DNA from: an uncultured Spirochaetota bacterium
GTDB lineage: Bacteria > Spirochaetota > Spirochaetia > SZUA-6 > Fen-1364
DNA: 64,000 bases
Assembly: GCA_963781885.1 (NCBI GenBank)
Contig: CAWAHW010000004.1
Coordinates: 224,001-288,000, forward strand
Direction of reading: 5' to 3'
Shown: positions 26,463 through 36,886 of the stretch, in pieces
Position numbering within the stretch: the first letter of the stretch is position 1
How the letters are laid out: each line of letters begins with the position of its first letter
Position numbers and translations under genes: made by a program
The notes under the pieces: generated by a model
The model's input: only the letters and a program-made list of their open reading frames with translations
Told to the model about the DNA's origin: nothing
Database searches by the model: none

Positions 26463-28019
26463 CTACGGGATTTCCTCGTCGTCCCCCTCGGGCCAGCGCG
26501 GCCCGACTCGGGCAAGCGTGATCGACTCGCGGAGATCGAACCTTCCTGTCTCGAAGAGCAGAAGGATGGTCGCATCCGACAGGACTGCAAGCTGCGAATA
26601 GCCGGCCGCTCCCTCGTAGACCAGGCGGGAAACGGGCCACGTGGCGCCTTCGTCGCTTGAGACCCTGAGCGTCATGGCGGCGCGGTAGCCGGCGCCCGGG
26701 TTGGCGAATGCGATCTGGCCAGCGGACACCCGCATTATCGAGCCCTGCGTGTCGGAGTCGGGCAAGCCGGGGGCGTACTGCCAGGGCGCCCAGGATGCAC
26801 CGCCGTCTGTGCTCGTGGCCACGATACGGTTCTTCCCCAGGCCTGCCCGGAGATTTGCCACCACGGTGCCGTCCGTGCGCTCGAACATCTGCGGTTCTTC
26901 AGTCGCGCCGCCAATGGGCGCGCCGAGCTTCCAGGTCAGGCCGTGATCGTCGCTGAAGACCGCGCGCGGCTCGCCCAGGGTCGCCGGGATCACCAGCCGG
27001 CCGTTTGCAAGCTGGATCCCGCTTCCCGGTCCGCTATGACACCACGTGCCGGCGGGCAGCCCCAGCTCCTGGCCGAGGTTGCGCGGCGCCGACCATGTTT
27101 GCCCGCGGTCGGGACTGGAGATCACGTGGAAAGAGCTGTAGTCGATGCAGTAGCCCAGCCAGACCGTGCCGGTTGCCTTGTCGTAGACAACGGTGGGACT
27201 ATGGACCGTGTGTCTGCCCTGGTCCAGCACGATCGCGAGCGGGCTCCAGCTTCTGCCGGCATCGGTGCTGCGCTTCATCACAATGTTGATGTCCAGGAGG
27301 TCACTCATCGCATCGACGCGGGATTCGGCGAAGGCAAGCACCACGTCGCCGGGCAGCACTGTCATGGAGGGGATGCGGTAGCCGCGGCCGGGCTCCTCGC
27401 CCGGCACGAACAGCGCGGTGTGCTCCACGCCGGGGGACCACCGGGGATGCCACGTCGCGGCCACGATGCCAAAGCAGAGAAAGGCAAAGAGGAATGCCAT
27501 GCCGGTGGCCGCAGTTGCCCTCATCATGGACGGAGTGCGGCGGCGGACCGCACCAAAAATGCGCGTGAAGCTGTCCGCCGCGAAAAGCACGGCATAGCCC
27601 GCGAAGGGAAACGCCAGGACCGCAACAACGAACATCGGGACCGAGCCGAGCGCTCCCAACGCCATCACCTTCCCCACGAGGAGGATCGGGACGATGGCTG
27701 CGAGGTTCCAGACCGACCAGCCTACGATCCAGAACGTGTCTTGCCCCTTGCTGCCAAAACCTCCTGCAAGGATCCCCACGGGTCTGCCGGCAGAAAGGCC
27801 TTTCACGGCCAACCACAGCGAGCCGGCCGCGCTTCCAACAAGCAGTGCCAGGAAGATTGGAAGGATCCACATGCCTCGGACAACGATAAGAAACTCGCCG
27901 CGGAAGGACAAAAGAAACACGGCGTAGATCGCACAAAAGAGGAGCGAAAACACCACCAGGATGACGCTTTCTGCAAGATCCTTCCTCAAGCCGCGGCGCG
28001 TCAGTTCTGTTTCTGTCAT
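26463..28019 (-). CDS. Membrane-anchored sialidase (GH33)
   Basis: YRIP motif; five Asp-boxes (STDAGRSW, SPDRGQTW, SDDHGLTW, STDGGASW, SSDEGATW); catalytic AGYS; about 5 N-terminal TM helices. Confidence 0.88.
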   Translation of the reverse strand: MTETELTRRGLRKDLAESVILVVFSLLFCAIYAVFLLSFRGEFLIVVRGMWILPIFLALLVGSAAGSLWLAVKGLSAGRPVGILAGGFGSKGQDTFWIVGWSVWNLAAIVPILLVGKVMALGALGSVPMFVVAVLAFPFAGYAVLFAADSFTRIFGAVRRRTPSMMRATAATGMAFLFAFLCFGIVAATWHPRWSPGVEHTALFVPGEEPGRGYRIPSMTVLPGDVVLAFAESRVDAMSDLLDINIVMKRSTDAGRSWSPLAIVLDQGRHTVHSPTVVYDKATGTVWLGYCIDYSSFHVISSPDRGQTWSAPRNLGQELGLPAGTWCHSGPGSGIQLANGRLVIPATLGEPRAVFSDDHGLTWKLGAPIGGATEEPQMFERTDGTVVANLRAGLGKNRIVATSTDGGASWAPWQYAPGLPDSDTQGSIMRVSAGQIAFANPGAGYRAAMTLRVSSDEGATWPVSRLVYEGAAGYSQLAVLSDATILLLFETGRFDLRESITLARVGPRWPEGDDEEIP

Positions 28020-28171
28020 GTCACATGATAGCCGGCGCCGGGGTGTGTCCGCAAGGACGCGCTCTTTTCGCAGCGCGCCGCGGCTGGTGACGTCCCGGGA
28101 GGCAAGCGGCAGACGGCCGCGCCGTTCCTCCCGTGTTTCCACTTGCCGCCGATTCCATGCATAGTAGGCAC

Positions 28172-28774
28172 ATGGCCTTCGATTCCCCATTCGAAGCATT
28201 CCTGCAACGCATCGGGGCGCGGCTCGACCCTGTCGATACCGATAGGGTGCCGGCCGCGGAAGGAGGCGTGACCCACGCGGCGGTCACCCTCCTCCTGCGT
28301 CCGGCGGGCGATTCCGCCGAGATACTTTTTATCAAGCGCGCGGAGCGGGCCGGAGATCCATGGTCAGGGCACTTGGCATTTCCCGGCGGTCGGGCGGAAA
28401 AGTCGGATGCCTCCCTGCTGGACGTCGCCATGCGCGAAGCCGCGGAAGAGGTGGGAATCGACGCGCGACAAGGCGGCAGGCTGCTCGGCAGGCTGCCAAC
28501 GATTCGTCCCCTGAGCGCCCGCATTCCTTCCATCACCGTGACACCATTCGTCGCCGTCGCTCCGCAGGGGGCGGTCCCGCTTCTTCAGCCGGAAGAAGTC
28601 GCGGACGCCTTCTGGATGCCGCTCGCTGCGCTCAAGGAGAGCGGACGCTCCGCGACGGTCCGCTGGGAGGCAAAAGACGGGACGCGGGAGTTTCCTGCCT
28701 TCCCTTCTCCCCGGGGCCCGATCTGGGGCATCACGGAACGCATCCTCAGTCAATTCCTGGCGCTTGCCGTATGA
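28172..28774 (+). CDS. Nudix CoA pyrophosphatase (NudL-like)
   Basis: KRAERAGDPWSGHLAFPGG...AMREAAEEVG Nudix box; IWGIT. Confidence 0.9.
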   Translation: MAFDSPFEAFLQRIGARLDPVDTDRVPAAEGGVTHAAVTLLLRPAGDSAEILFIKRAERAGDPWSGHLAFPGGRAEKSDASLLDVAMREAAEEVGIDARQGGRLLGRLPTIRPLSARIPSITVTPFVAVAPQGAVPLLQPEEVADAFWMPLAALKESGRSATVRWEAKDGTREFPAFPSPRGPIWGITERILSQFLALAV

Positions 28775-28846
28775 GTGTAAGCAAGAGCCAGCGGTGTCCG
28801 CCGCATTCCCGTTGAGTATATTTGATCAGGGTCGGGAGGTAGCGGC

Positions 28847-29293
28847 ATGCGGCGTCCATTGTTCCTTTCTGTCATATTGATCGTTCTGGCGGGTGGCGCG
28901 GTGGCTGCCCAATGCAAACCAACTCCCGGTGCCATTCTGGACCCAGGCTACACACCGACAGCGCCGAAGCGCGCGAGCGTCGGGTCTGGATTCGTTCTGA
29001 CAGGCACGGTGATCGGCGATGACGATTGCCGGCCGCTTTCCGGCGCGACAGTCGAGCTCTGGTTGGCGGGCCCGCAAGGGGATACCGAGGCGCTCCGAGG
29101 AACGGTGGTGACGGACAGTAATGGTCGGTACCGGTTTCAAAGTCCTTTCCCGGCCGCCACCCCGGGAGGCCCTCCTCCGCACATTCACATGAATATCGCC
29201 GCGGACGGCTTCGTGGCCATCCAGACGGAGATCTTCCCGAGAGAGGGCGCCGCGAGCGGCACGTTTGATATCGTCCTCGACTTGGGAGACTAG
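28847..29293 (+). CDS. Small secreted intradiol ring-cleavage dioxygenase-like protein
   Basis: Signal peptide; L.GTV..DCRPLSGATVELW...LRG..TDSNGRYRF...PHIH fold motifs. Confidence 0.75.
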   Translation: MRRPLFLSVILIVLAGGAVAAQCKPTPGAILDPGYTPTAPKRASVGSGFVLTGTVIGDDDCRPLSGATVELWLAGPQGDTEALRGTVVTDSNGRYRFQSPFPAATPGGPPPHIHMNIAADGFVAIQTEIFPREGAASGTFDIVLDLGD

Positions 29294-29362
29294 GGGCGGC
29301 ACCACCAGGGCCGGAGCCCGCATTCGCCGCTCGCGTCGATCTCACGTATATTTGGAATCCAT

Positions 29363-30433
29363 ATGGAAATAGGAATCTACTCATTCGCCGACCTTTCGCC
29401 GGATGCGCACACCGGCCAGATGATAAGCCCGAGCCGGCGCATGCGCGACATCGTGGAAGAGATCGAGCTGGCAGACCAGCTCGGGCTGGACGTCTACGGC
29501 CTGGGGGAGCACCACCGGCCCGACTTCATCAGCTCGGCGCCCGCCGTGGCGCTGGCAGCGGGGGCGTCCCGCACGAAGCGCATCCGCCTCACCAGCGCGG
29601 TTTCGGTGCTGAGCTCGGACGACCCCGTGCGCGTGTACCAGGACTTCGCGACGTTGGACCTCCTGTCGGGCGGTCGGGCGGAGATCATGGCGGGCAGGGG
29701 ATCGTTCATCGAGAGCTTCCCCCTCTTCGGCTATGACCTTGACGACTACGACGAGCTCTTTCAGGAAAAGCTGGACCTGCTCCTCTCTGTCCGGGAAAAT
29801 GAGAAGGTCACGTGGTCGGGCAAGTTCCGCCCGCCGCTGCAGGGCCTGGGGGTCTACCCTCGATCTCACCAGCAGCCGCTGCCGGTCTGGGTGGCGGTAG
29901 GGGGCAGCCCGGATTCGGTGGCGCGCACGGCCCAGCTCGGGCTGCCGATGGCGCTTGCAATCATCGGCGGGCAACCGGAGCGTTTCAAGCCCTTCGTGCA
30001 ACTCTACCGTGACGTGGCGAAGGAAGCCGGGCACGACCCGTCCACGACAAAGGTCAGCATCAACTCGCACGGGTACATCGCCGACACCTCCCAGCAGGCT
30101 GCCGACGAGCACTATCCCGCCATGCAGGCGCTCATGTCGCGGATCGGCCGCGAGCGCGGATGGCCCCCGATGAGCCGGGCGCAGTTCGAGGCGGACCGCG
30201 GGCTTCGCGGGCACCTCCTGCTGGGAAGCCCGCAGGAAGTCATCGACAAGATGCTCTTCGAGCACAGCATGTTCGCCTACGACCGGTTCCTCATCCAGTT
30301 CAGCGTGGGAACCATACCCCACGACAGGATGATGCACTGCATCGAGCTGTTCGGGACAAAGGTGGCCCCCGCGGTGCGCAAGGCGACGGAGGGCGCCCCT
30401 GCCGCGACCGTCCCCGAGCGCGCCCCGGCATGA
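29363..30433 (+). CDS. LLM-class (luciferase-like) flavin-dependent monooxygenase
   Basis: [25 protein letters not shown] and [13 protein letters not shown] motifs. Confidence 0.92.
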   Translation: MEIGIYSFADLSPDAHTGQMISPSRRMRDIVEEIELADQLGLDVYGLGEHHRPDFISSAPAVALAAGASRTKRIRLTSAVSVLSSDDPVRVYQDFATLDLLSGGRAEIMAGRGSFIESFPLFGYDLDDYDELFQEKLDLLLSVRENEKVTWSGKFRPPLQGLGVYPRSHQQPLPVWVAVGGSPDSVARTAQLGLPMALAIIGGQPERFKPFVQLYRDVAKEAGHDPSTTKVSINSHGYIADTSQQAADEHYPAMQALMSRIGRERGWPPMSRAQFEADRGLRGHLLLGSPQEVIDKMLFEHSMFAYDRFLIQFSVGTIPHDRMMHCIELFGTKVAPAVRKATEGAPAATVPERAPA

Positions 30434-31479
30434 AGCTTTTCGAGCCCTACGCGCTTGGCGATCTTGCCCTGCCCAACCGCATCGTCATGGCGCCGATGAC
30501 GCGAAACCGCGCGACGGCCACGATCCCCCGGGAGATGGCCGTCATCCACTACGCGGCGCGAGCGGGCGCGGGGCTGATCGTGAGCGAGGCGACGCAAGTC
30601 TCCGTGCGCGGGCAGGGATACCATGACACGCCCGGCCTGCACACCGAGGAGCAGGTCCGCGCATGGCGCGCCGTCACCGATGCGGTGCACCGGGAAGGCG
30701 GCCGCATGTTCGTCCAGCTCTGCCACGTCGGACGGTTGTCCCATTCGGATTTCCACGGCCTCCCGCCCGTCGCGCCCTCGGCACTGCAAGTCGTGGGCTT
30801 CATCCGCACGCCGAAGGGCCTCAAGCCGTACGAGACGCCGTGGGCGCCTTCTGCTGCAGAGGTGGCGGAGATCGTCGACGAGTTCGGGCGCGCGGCGGAG
30901 CTGGCATTGGACGCAGGATTCGACGGCGTGGAGATTCACGGGGCAAGCGGCTTTCTTATCGACCAGTTCCTGCATTCAGGGACCAACCAGAGGACGGACC
31001 GCTACGGGGGCAGCCTTGAAAACAGGCTGCGATTTGCTCTTGAGGTGGTTGAGGCCGTTGCCGGTTCCTGGGACAAATCCAGGATCGGTTTCACCGTTTC
31101 GCCGGGAGGAAGCCACAAGGGCATCCGGGACGACAATCCCCTGGAGACCTTCGCCGCTTTGGCTTCGGCCCTGGACCGGGCGGGCGTGAGCTACCTTCAC
31201 GTGATAGAAGAGCCGATTGCCGACCTGAGCCCTGCCCGCCTCATGCGGGAGCATTTCCACGGCACGATAACGAGCAGCGGAAGCTACACGCGCGATTCCG
31301 CCGAAGAGGCGCTGGAAACCGGCGTGGCCGACCTCGTGGCATTCGGAAGGGCATTCACGGCAAACCCCGATCTCGTGGAGAAGCTTCGGACCGACGCACG
31401 CCTTGCCCTGCCGGATCCCAAGACGTTCTATTCAGGCGGCCCAATGGGCTACATCGACGCCGTGGCGATGAAAGCGTGA
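30430..31479 (+). CDS. Old yellow enzyme family alkene reductase (NemA-like)
   Basis: [37 protein letters not shown] and VAFGRAF.ANPDL motifs. ATGA overlap with the LLM gene. Confidence 0.9.
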   Translation: MKLFEPYALGDLALPNRIVMAPMTRNRATATIPREMAVIHYAARAGAGLIVSEATQVSVRGQGYHDTPGLHTEEQVRAWRAVTDAVHREGGRMFVQLCHVGRLSHSDFHGLPPVAPSALQVVGFIRTPKGLKPYETPWAPSAAEVAEIVDEFGRAAELALDAGFDGVEIHGASGFLIDQFLHSGTNQRTDRYGGSLENRLRFALEVVEAVAGSWDKSRIGFTVSPGGSHKGIRDDNPLETFAALASALDRAGVSYLHVIEEPIADLSPARLMREHFHGTITSSGSYTRDSAEEALETGVADLVAFGRAFTANPDLVEKLRTDARLALPDPKTFYSGGPMGYIDAVAMKA

Positions 31480-31503
31480 GTGCCCCGCGGCGCCGGCCTG
31501 CGC

Positions 31504-31935
31504 CTATATCAGTGGGATCGTTTCCTCGGAGAACTGGCGGATCCTCTCCCTGATTGCATCCCGCACTTCGCGCACCTGCCTCATGATATCCTCATCCGAT
31601 CCGACAAAGGTGGAGGGATCGGGATAGGCCCACACGAGGCGCTTGCCCTGACCGGGGAAGATCGGGCAGCGATCCGCGGCCTCTTTCGAGCAGACAGCAA
31701 TCACAAAGTTGTAGGACCTGCCGAGCTTGAGGAGATCGAATACCCCCTGGGTAGTCTTCCCGGAAATATCGATGCCGTCTTCACGCAGGGCACGCACGAC
31801 GTAAGGGTTCAACGTGCCGGGCTCCAGGCCGGCGCTTTCCGCCTCGAACCTGTTTCCGCCGAATTTCCTGAGATATGCCTCCGCCATCTGGCTCCGCGCG
31901 GAGTTGTGTGTGCAGATGAACAATACCCTGGGCAT
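31504..31935 (-). CDS. arsC: Arsenate reductase (thioredoxin-dependent LMW-PTP type)
   Basis: [13 protein letters not shown]-loop and VC......CP resolving cysteines; lies in the ars operon. Confidence 0.92.
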   Translation of the reverse strand: MPRVLFICTHNSARSQMAEAYLRKFGGNRFEAESAGLEPGTLNPYVVRALREDGIDISGKTTQGVFDLLKLGRSYNFVIAVCSKEAADRCPIFPGQGKRLVWAYPDPSTFVGSDEDIMRQVREVRDAIRERIRQFSEETIPLI

Positions 31936-31947
31936 TCCTTCCTCCGA

Positions 31948-33009
31948 TTACGTGCGCGCCCCCGACCGGACCGCCGGCTCCGCGAACAGCCGCTTCTTCA
32001 ACCACAGGGACACATTGACCAGTCCGAGCATGACCGGCACCTCCACCAGGGGACCGATCACCGCCGCGAATGCCGCGCCGGAACCGATGCCAAACACGGC
32101 CACCGAAACGGCAATCGCCAGCTCGAAGTTGTTGCTCCCCGCAGTGAAGGAGAGGGTGGCCGTCCGCGCGTAGCCTGTCCCGATCGCCCGGCTCATGAAG
32201 AAGCTCACGAAGAACATGACGGTGAAATAGATCAGTAGGGGAATGGCGATCCGCAGGACATCCAGAGGGATCTGGACGATCAGGTTCCCCTTGAGGCTGA
32301 ACATGACGACGATCGTGAAGAGCAGCGCCGCAAGGGTGATCGGGCTGATCCGGGGAATGAAGCGGGCGTGATACCACTCCCTCCCCCGGACCCTCACGAG
32401 GATGAGACGCGTCAGCAGTCCCGCGAGGAAAGGTATTCCAAGATAGATGAACACGCTTTTCGCGATCTGGGCGATGGAGACATTGACCGTGGCGCCCTGG
32501 AGGCCGAATACGGGCAGCAGCACGGTGATGAAAATCCATGCATACAGGCTGTAGAAGAGAACCTGGAAAATGCTGTTGAACGCCACCAACCCGGCGGCGT
32601 ATTCCGTGTCGCCTTTCGCGAGCTCGTTCCAGACGATGACCATTGCGATGCACCGCGCGAGACCGATCATGATCAGGCCCGTCATGTAGGCGGGATATCC
32701 CCGGAGGAAGATGATGGCCAGTGCGAACATGAGGATCGGACCGATGATCCAGTTCTGCACGAGGGAGAGACCCAGCACCTTCCAGTTTTTGAAGACGTCG
32801 CCGAGCTCTTCATAGCGAACCTTGGCAAGCGGCGGATACATCATGAGGATGAGGCCGACGGCGATGGGGATATTCGTCGTTCCCACCTGGAAGCGGTTGA
32901 TGAACGACGCCACCCCGGGAATCCTCCAGCCCAGAACCACGCCCACCGCCATCGCGAGGAATATCCAGAGCGTGAGAAAGCGATCGAGGAAAGAAAGTCG
33001 ACCGGTCAC
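31948..33009 (-). CDS. acr3: ACR3-family arsenite efflux transporter
   Basis: [42 protein letters not shown] and GPLVEVP motifs. Confidence 0.96.
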   Translation of the reverse strand: MTGRLSFLDRFLTLWIFLAMAVGVVLGWRIPGVASFINRFQVGTTNIPIAVGLILMMYPPLAKVRYEELGDVFKNWKVLGLSLVQNWIIGPILMFALAIIFLRGYPAYMTGLIMIGLARCIAMVIVWNELAKGDTEYAAGLVAFNSIFQVLFYSLYAWIFITVLLPVFGLQGATVNVSIAQIAKSVFIYLGIPFLAGLLTRLILVRVRGREWYHARFIPRISPITLAALLFTIVVMFSLKGNLIVQIPLDVLRIAIPLLIYFTVMFFVSFFMSRAIGTGYARTATLSFTAGSNNFELAIAVSVAVFGIGSGAAFAAVIGPLVEVPVMLGLVNVSLWLKKRLFAEPAVRSGART

Positions 33010-33771
33010 GGTTTCACGGCCTCGATCGTCGCGGACAGGACGTAGTTCTCAATTCCTTTGCCCGGCACCCAATCCTTCACGAAGCTGCGGCTCTCTTCCT
33101 TGGGATCGATGCGGATTCCGGTGAATCCCGCGGCCTCGATCATCGCGGCAAGCTCGTCGACGGGTGAGGCTCCGGCAACGCACGCCGAATAGGAAGCGAG
33201 ATCGCCCTGCAGCCCGTCGGGGAGCCTGCCTGACGCCACCATGTCTGAAACAGCAAGACGGCCGCCGCTTTTCAGCACGCGAAATGCCTCGCGGAATACC
33301 TGCGGCTTGTCCGGTGAGAGATTGATCACGCAGTTGGAAATAATGACGTCCACGGAGGCATCCGCGACGGGAAGGTGCTCGATCTCACCCAGGCGGAACT
33401 CGACATTTCGGTACATCGATTTCGCCGCGTTTGCGCGGGCGAGGGAGACCATTTCATGCGTCATGTCCACGCCGATCACCCTGCCTGTTCTCCCCTACCG
33501 ATCGGGCGGCCAGGAAGCAATCGAAACCGCCGCCGCTGCCCAGGTCCAGAACGGTCTCACCTGGTTTCAGGGAAGCGATCGCCTGGGGGTTTCCGCATCC
33601 CAGCCCCAGGTTGGCGCCTTCAGGAGCGACGGCCATTTCCTCGGCCGTGTAGCCAAGGGCGGAGGTGCCGCAGGACGACCCGCATCCGCATTCGCTGCCT
33701 TGCTTGTTCGCCACCGCACCATAACGATCGCGGACCGATGTCCGTATCTCTTCCGCGCTGAACTTCTGCAT
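33006..33771 (-). CDS. arsM: Arsenite S-adenosylmethionine methyltransferase, frameshift near 33489
   Basis: NLGLGCGNP and [15 protein letters not shown], then in the next frame [19 protein letters not shown] and SACVAGA. Confidence 0.92.
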
Positions 33772-33836
33772 GATGCACCTCCTGCAGCTATATTACTTTA
33801 TGAGTATACAGTAATACCGTTGCGGCGTCAAGAAAC

Positions 33837-34178
33837 TTAGTCGCAGCCGGGCGAGGTGGCAAGCCTCTTTGCAAGCCGGGCGCGGTCCGATTCCCACTGG
33901 GGGTCCGCGTGGATCGTCTTGCACAGCGCATCCACGACCGGTCCGTAAGGCTTGGGCAGTGGTGCGCGGGAGTAGTAGGTGAAAAGGGCCTTCTTTTCGG
34001 CCGTCACGATGCCCGCGTGGCGGAGCGTCGCAAGGTGCCGGCTCAGGTTGGATTGATTGAGCTTCAGGATGCTTTCAAGGTCGCACACGCAGAGGGTCTG
34101 CTCATGGAGCAGATTGAGAATGCGCAGCCGATTCGTGTCCGCCAGGGCCTTCAACACTTCCGAGATGTCCATGCTCAT
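33837..34178 (-). CDS. arsR: ArsR/SmtB regulator with a CVC As(III) box
   Basis: LKALADTNRLRIL..LCVCDL..QSNLSRHL; first gene of arsM-acr3-arsC. Confidence 0.92.
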   Translation of the reverse strand: MSMDISEVLKALADTNRLRILNLLHEQTLCVCDLESILKLNQSNLSRHLATLRHAGIVTAEKKALFTYYSRAPLPKPYGPVVDALCKTIHADPQWESDRARLAKRLATSPGCD

Positions 34179-34235
34179 ACAGTAATATAGAACGGGGCCT
34201 CCGGGAAGGAGAGCGCGCGCGGTCTGAAAAAGCGC

Positions 34236-34275
34236 TTGACACATTGCCTGATTGTTTGTAATATACAAATATTGT
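34236..34275 (+). promoter_or_regulatory. marR promoter with overlapping operator
   Basis: TTGACA-N17-TAATAT; palindrome TTTGTA-ATA-TACAAA; the 15-mer ATATACAAATATTGT is repeated exactly at 34788-34802. Confidence 0.75.
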
Positions 34276-34287
34276 CATGGTGAACGA

Positions 34288-34761
34288 ATGACGACGACGG
34301 GACAGAGAGAGGCGGATTCAGCGGTCGATGCCATGCAGGGGCAGCTTTGGCGACTCCTGCGCGTTCTGGAGCACATCGACCAGGAGTTCTTGAGCCGATA
34401 CGGCGTGACAACGTCTCAGGGGGAGGCGCTGCTGGCTTTCTCCGACGAATCCCGCGCGAGCATGAATGAGCTGAGCCGGACTCTGGGCCTGGCCAACAGC
34501 ACCATGACCCGCATGGTGGAAAACCTTGTTGGCAGGGGGCTCGTGCGCCGTGCGGAGGACGACCAGGACCGCCGCATCGTGCGCGTTGCGCTCACCGCGG
34601 AGGGACGGAAGCTCCAGGGCTCCCTGAAGGAAGCCAGGCGGGAGATCCAGCGGCTCATCCTTGCGGAGATCCGTGTGGAGGACAGGAGCACGGTGCTGGA
34701 AGTCCTCCAGAAGCTGAATACGGCGAGTGAGAAAGCCCTGCGGACCTGCTGCGGGGAGTGA
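34288..34761 (+). CDS. MarR-family regulator with a C-terminal Cys-Cys pair
   Basis: ELS..LGLANSTMTRMVENLV.RGLV.R..D..DRR...LT.EG; ends RTCCGE. Confidence 0.9.
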   Translation: MTTTGQREADSAVDAMQGQLWRLLRVLEHIDQEFLSRYGVTTSQGEALLAFSDESRASMNELSRTLGLANSTMTRMVENLVGRGLVRRAEDDQDRRIVRVALTAEGRKLQGSLKEARREIQRLILAEIRVEDRSTVLEVLQKLNTASEKALRTCCGE

Positions 34762-34784
34762 CTCTCTTTTTTTCGGTTTTATTA

Positions 34785-34809
34785 CGTATATACAAATATT
34801 GTATATACG
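34785..34809. promoter_or_regulatory. Perfect 11-3-11 palindrome (probable MarR operator)
   Basis: CGTATATACAA-ATA-TTGTATATACG just upstream of the RBS of the arsD-like gene. Confidence 0.8.
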
Positions 34810-34826
34810 AATCATAGGAGGGAAAG

Positions 34827-35192
34827 ATGGATCACAAGGGTCGTGGAGAAGGTTCAGGGGAGGCAGTGCACGCGGGGGTCGTCATCCTGTCGGGTGCGTG
34901 CTGCAATCCCTCGATGGGCGGCCTGGACGAAAAAGCCAGGCAGGTGGTCGAGCGCGCGGCAGCAGAAACGGGCGTGAAGGTGCAGGTGAGCCTTCAGCCC
35001 ATGTCGGCGGCGCTCTACGGAGGCGTACCGAAGGACGTTGTCGCGCAGCTCAAAAGCGACAACGAATCAGGCGGCCTGCGCATGCCCGTCGTAATGATCA
35101 ACGGGAAAGCCGTGTCCTATGGCATGCCGGATGCGGCGCGAATTACCGCTGCCCTTCGCGAGCTGGCGGCTGCAAAGCCCGCGGTGATGTAG
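34827..35192 (+). CDS. ArsD-like thioredoxin-fold metallochaperone
   Basis: N-terminal ACC motif and C-terminal MPVVMINGKAVSYG.P; directly upstream of arsA. Confidence 0.65.
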   Translation: MDHKGRGEGSGEAVHAGVVILSGACCNPSMGGLDEKARQVVERAAAETGVKVQVSLQPMSAALYGGVPKDVVAQLKSDNESGGLRMPVVMINGKAVSYGMPDAARITAALRELAAAKPAVM

Positions 35193-35202
35193 GGACAGCC
35201 GC

Positions 35203-36138
35203 ATGGAAACATTCGACAGGCTCCTGGCTCCGAACGGCGCGACACGGTACCTCTTCTTCGGAGGCAAAGGCGGGGTCGGCAAGACCACGATGGCGACCGC
35301 CACGGCGGTCTGGTTCGCCGACCAGGGATACAGGACCACCATCGTCTCCACGGATCCGACGGTCAGCCTCTCCGTCATGTTCGGACAGCAGATCGGCGGC
35401 AGCGAACGGACACCCATCAGCCGGGTTGCCAACCTGCGCGGATTGAACATCAATCCCAACGACGCCCGCGGCGTCTTCCAGTCGCGTCTGAACAGCATCA
35501 CGGGCCAGATGAACGAAACATTCGGCGACGGCGTGATCGCCACCCCGTGCGCGGAGGAGATGGCCACGTTCGACCAGTTCGTCACGTTCCTGGACGAGCC
35601 GGACGCGGACGTGATCGTCTTCGATACGGCGCCAACCGGCAAGAGCTTGCGAGAGCTGGCCATGCCATTCGATTGGGCGGGCTTTCTGCAGAAGCAGGTG
35701 CGGGACGGAAAAAAGATGGCAGAGCTGATGCGCATGGGCGAGGATTCCCTGGCGAATCTCGACAAGGACAGGCTGCGCTACGAGCATGCCCTTTCCGTGC
35801 TCCGCAGCGAGGCGACGACTGTCTTCAGTCTTGTCCTCATACCGGAAAAGCTGCCCATCGAGGAGACACACAGCGCGATTGCCGGTCTTGCCCGGCTGGG
35901 CATCCCCGTGCAGGCGCTGATTGTCAACCAATGCATCCAACCCGACGTCATCGAGGGTAACCGATTCCTGGCTTCCCGCGCGGAGGTGCAGGCACGGTAC
36001 CTCGAGCAGATCGAAGCCCGGTTCGGGAATCTCACGCGGGCCCGGCTGCCGCTGCTAAACAAGGACGTCTCGGAGCTCGACACCCTTCGCCTGGTAGGCG
36101 GGCTTCTCTACAAGAGTCCCGCTCCTGTTCACGCATGA
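35203..36138 (+). CDS. arsA: ArsA/GET3-family ATPase, single nucleotide-binding domain
   Basis: GKGGVGKTT, STDP, TPCAEE and FDTAPTG motifs. Confidence 0.88.
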   Translation: METFDRLLAPNGATRYLFFGGKGGVGKTTMATATAVWFADQGYRTTIVSTDPTVSLSVMFGQQIGGSERTPISRVANLRGLNINPNDARGVFQSRLNSITGQMNETFGDGVIATPCAEEMATFDQFVTFLDEPDADVIVFDTAPTGKSLRELAMPFDWAGFLQKQVRDGKKMAELMRMGEDSLANLDKDRLRYEHALSVLRSEATTVFSLVLIPEKLPIEETHSAIAGLARLGIPVQALIVNQCIQPDVIEGNRFLASRAEVQARYLEQIEARFGNLTRARLPLLNKDVSELDTLRLVGGLLYKSPAPVHA

Positions 36139-36201
36139 CCGCGGCGCGAGTCCGCCGGTGGGAGCATTCCCGCCGGCGGCTGCCCGCGCCTCAACAAGGA
36201 G

Positions 36202-36790
36202 ATGACGATGAAACTGTCGCTTCCCGCGCAAACGATCCTGCTTCCCTCCCCCGTGCTCATCATTGGTACGTATGGCGCCGATGGCAGGCCGAATATGATG
36301 AACGCGGCCTGGGGTGGAATCGCATCAAGCGCTCCGCCCTGCATCAGCGTCTCTCTTCGGGAGGCGACGCTGAGCCATCACAACATCACGCAGACCGAGG
36401 CATTCACGGTGAATATTCCCTCCGAGAAATATCTCCGGGAGGCGGATTTCGTGGGCATGGTCGTCGGGACGGCAATGCGACAAATTCAAAGAGACCCACC
36501 TCACGCCGCAACGGAGCGCATTGGTGGATGCCCCCATCGTCAAAGAGTTTCCCTATTCTCTTGAATGCAAACTGTTCCGGCGCGTCGAGCTCGGCACGCA
36601 TACGATGTTCGTGGGAGAAATCGTCGGATTGGTTGCCGATGGCGAGGTTCTCAATCCAAGCGGGCTTCCCGACATCGAGAAGGTGCGGCCGATTCTGTGG
36701 GGCTCATTCGGCAGCATGGCCTACTACGGCATCGGCGCCAGGCTTGGCAATGCCTTCTCCGTGGGAAACGAAGTGAAAGAAAGGCGCTAG
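36202..36790 (+). CDS. Flavin reductase/flavoredoxin family protein, frameshift near 36463
   Basis: PVLIIGTY..NMMNAAWGG..FTVNIP..EADFVG, then in the +1 frame SGR..DKF..VDAPIVKEFP..LECK..HTMFVGEI. Confidence 0.88.
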
Positions 36791-36845
36791 CGGGCTGCCT
36801 GCCGCTTCTTCGCCGGTTGCGTGACCGTTGTTGAACGCTCGTCCT

Positions 36846-36880
36846 TCACCTTGACAAGGTGAGCGAGCGGACCTGAGAAT
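36846..36880 (+). promoter_or_regulatory. Palindromic operator overlapping a -35 box
   Basis: TCACCTTG-A-CAAGGTGA contains TTGACA; GAGAAT follows after 18 bp, and the kinase ATG lies 6 bp beyond that. Confidence 0.55.
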
Positions 36881-36886
36881 CACACG

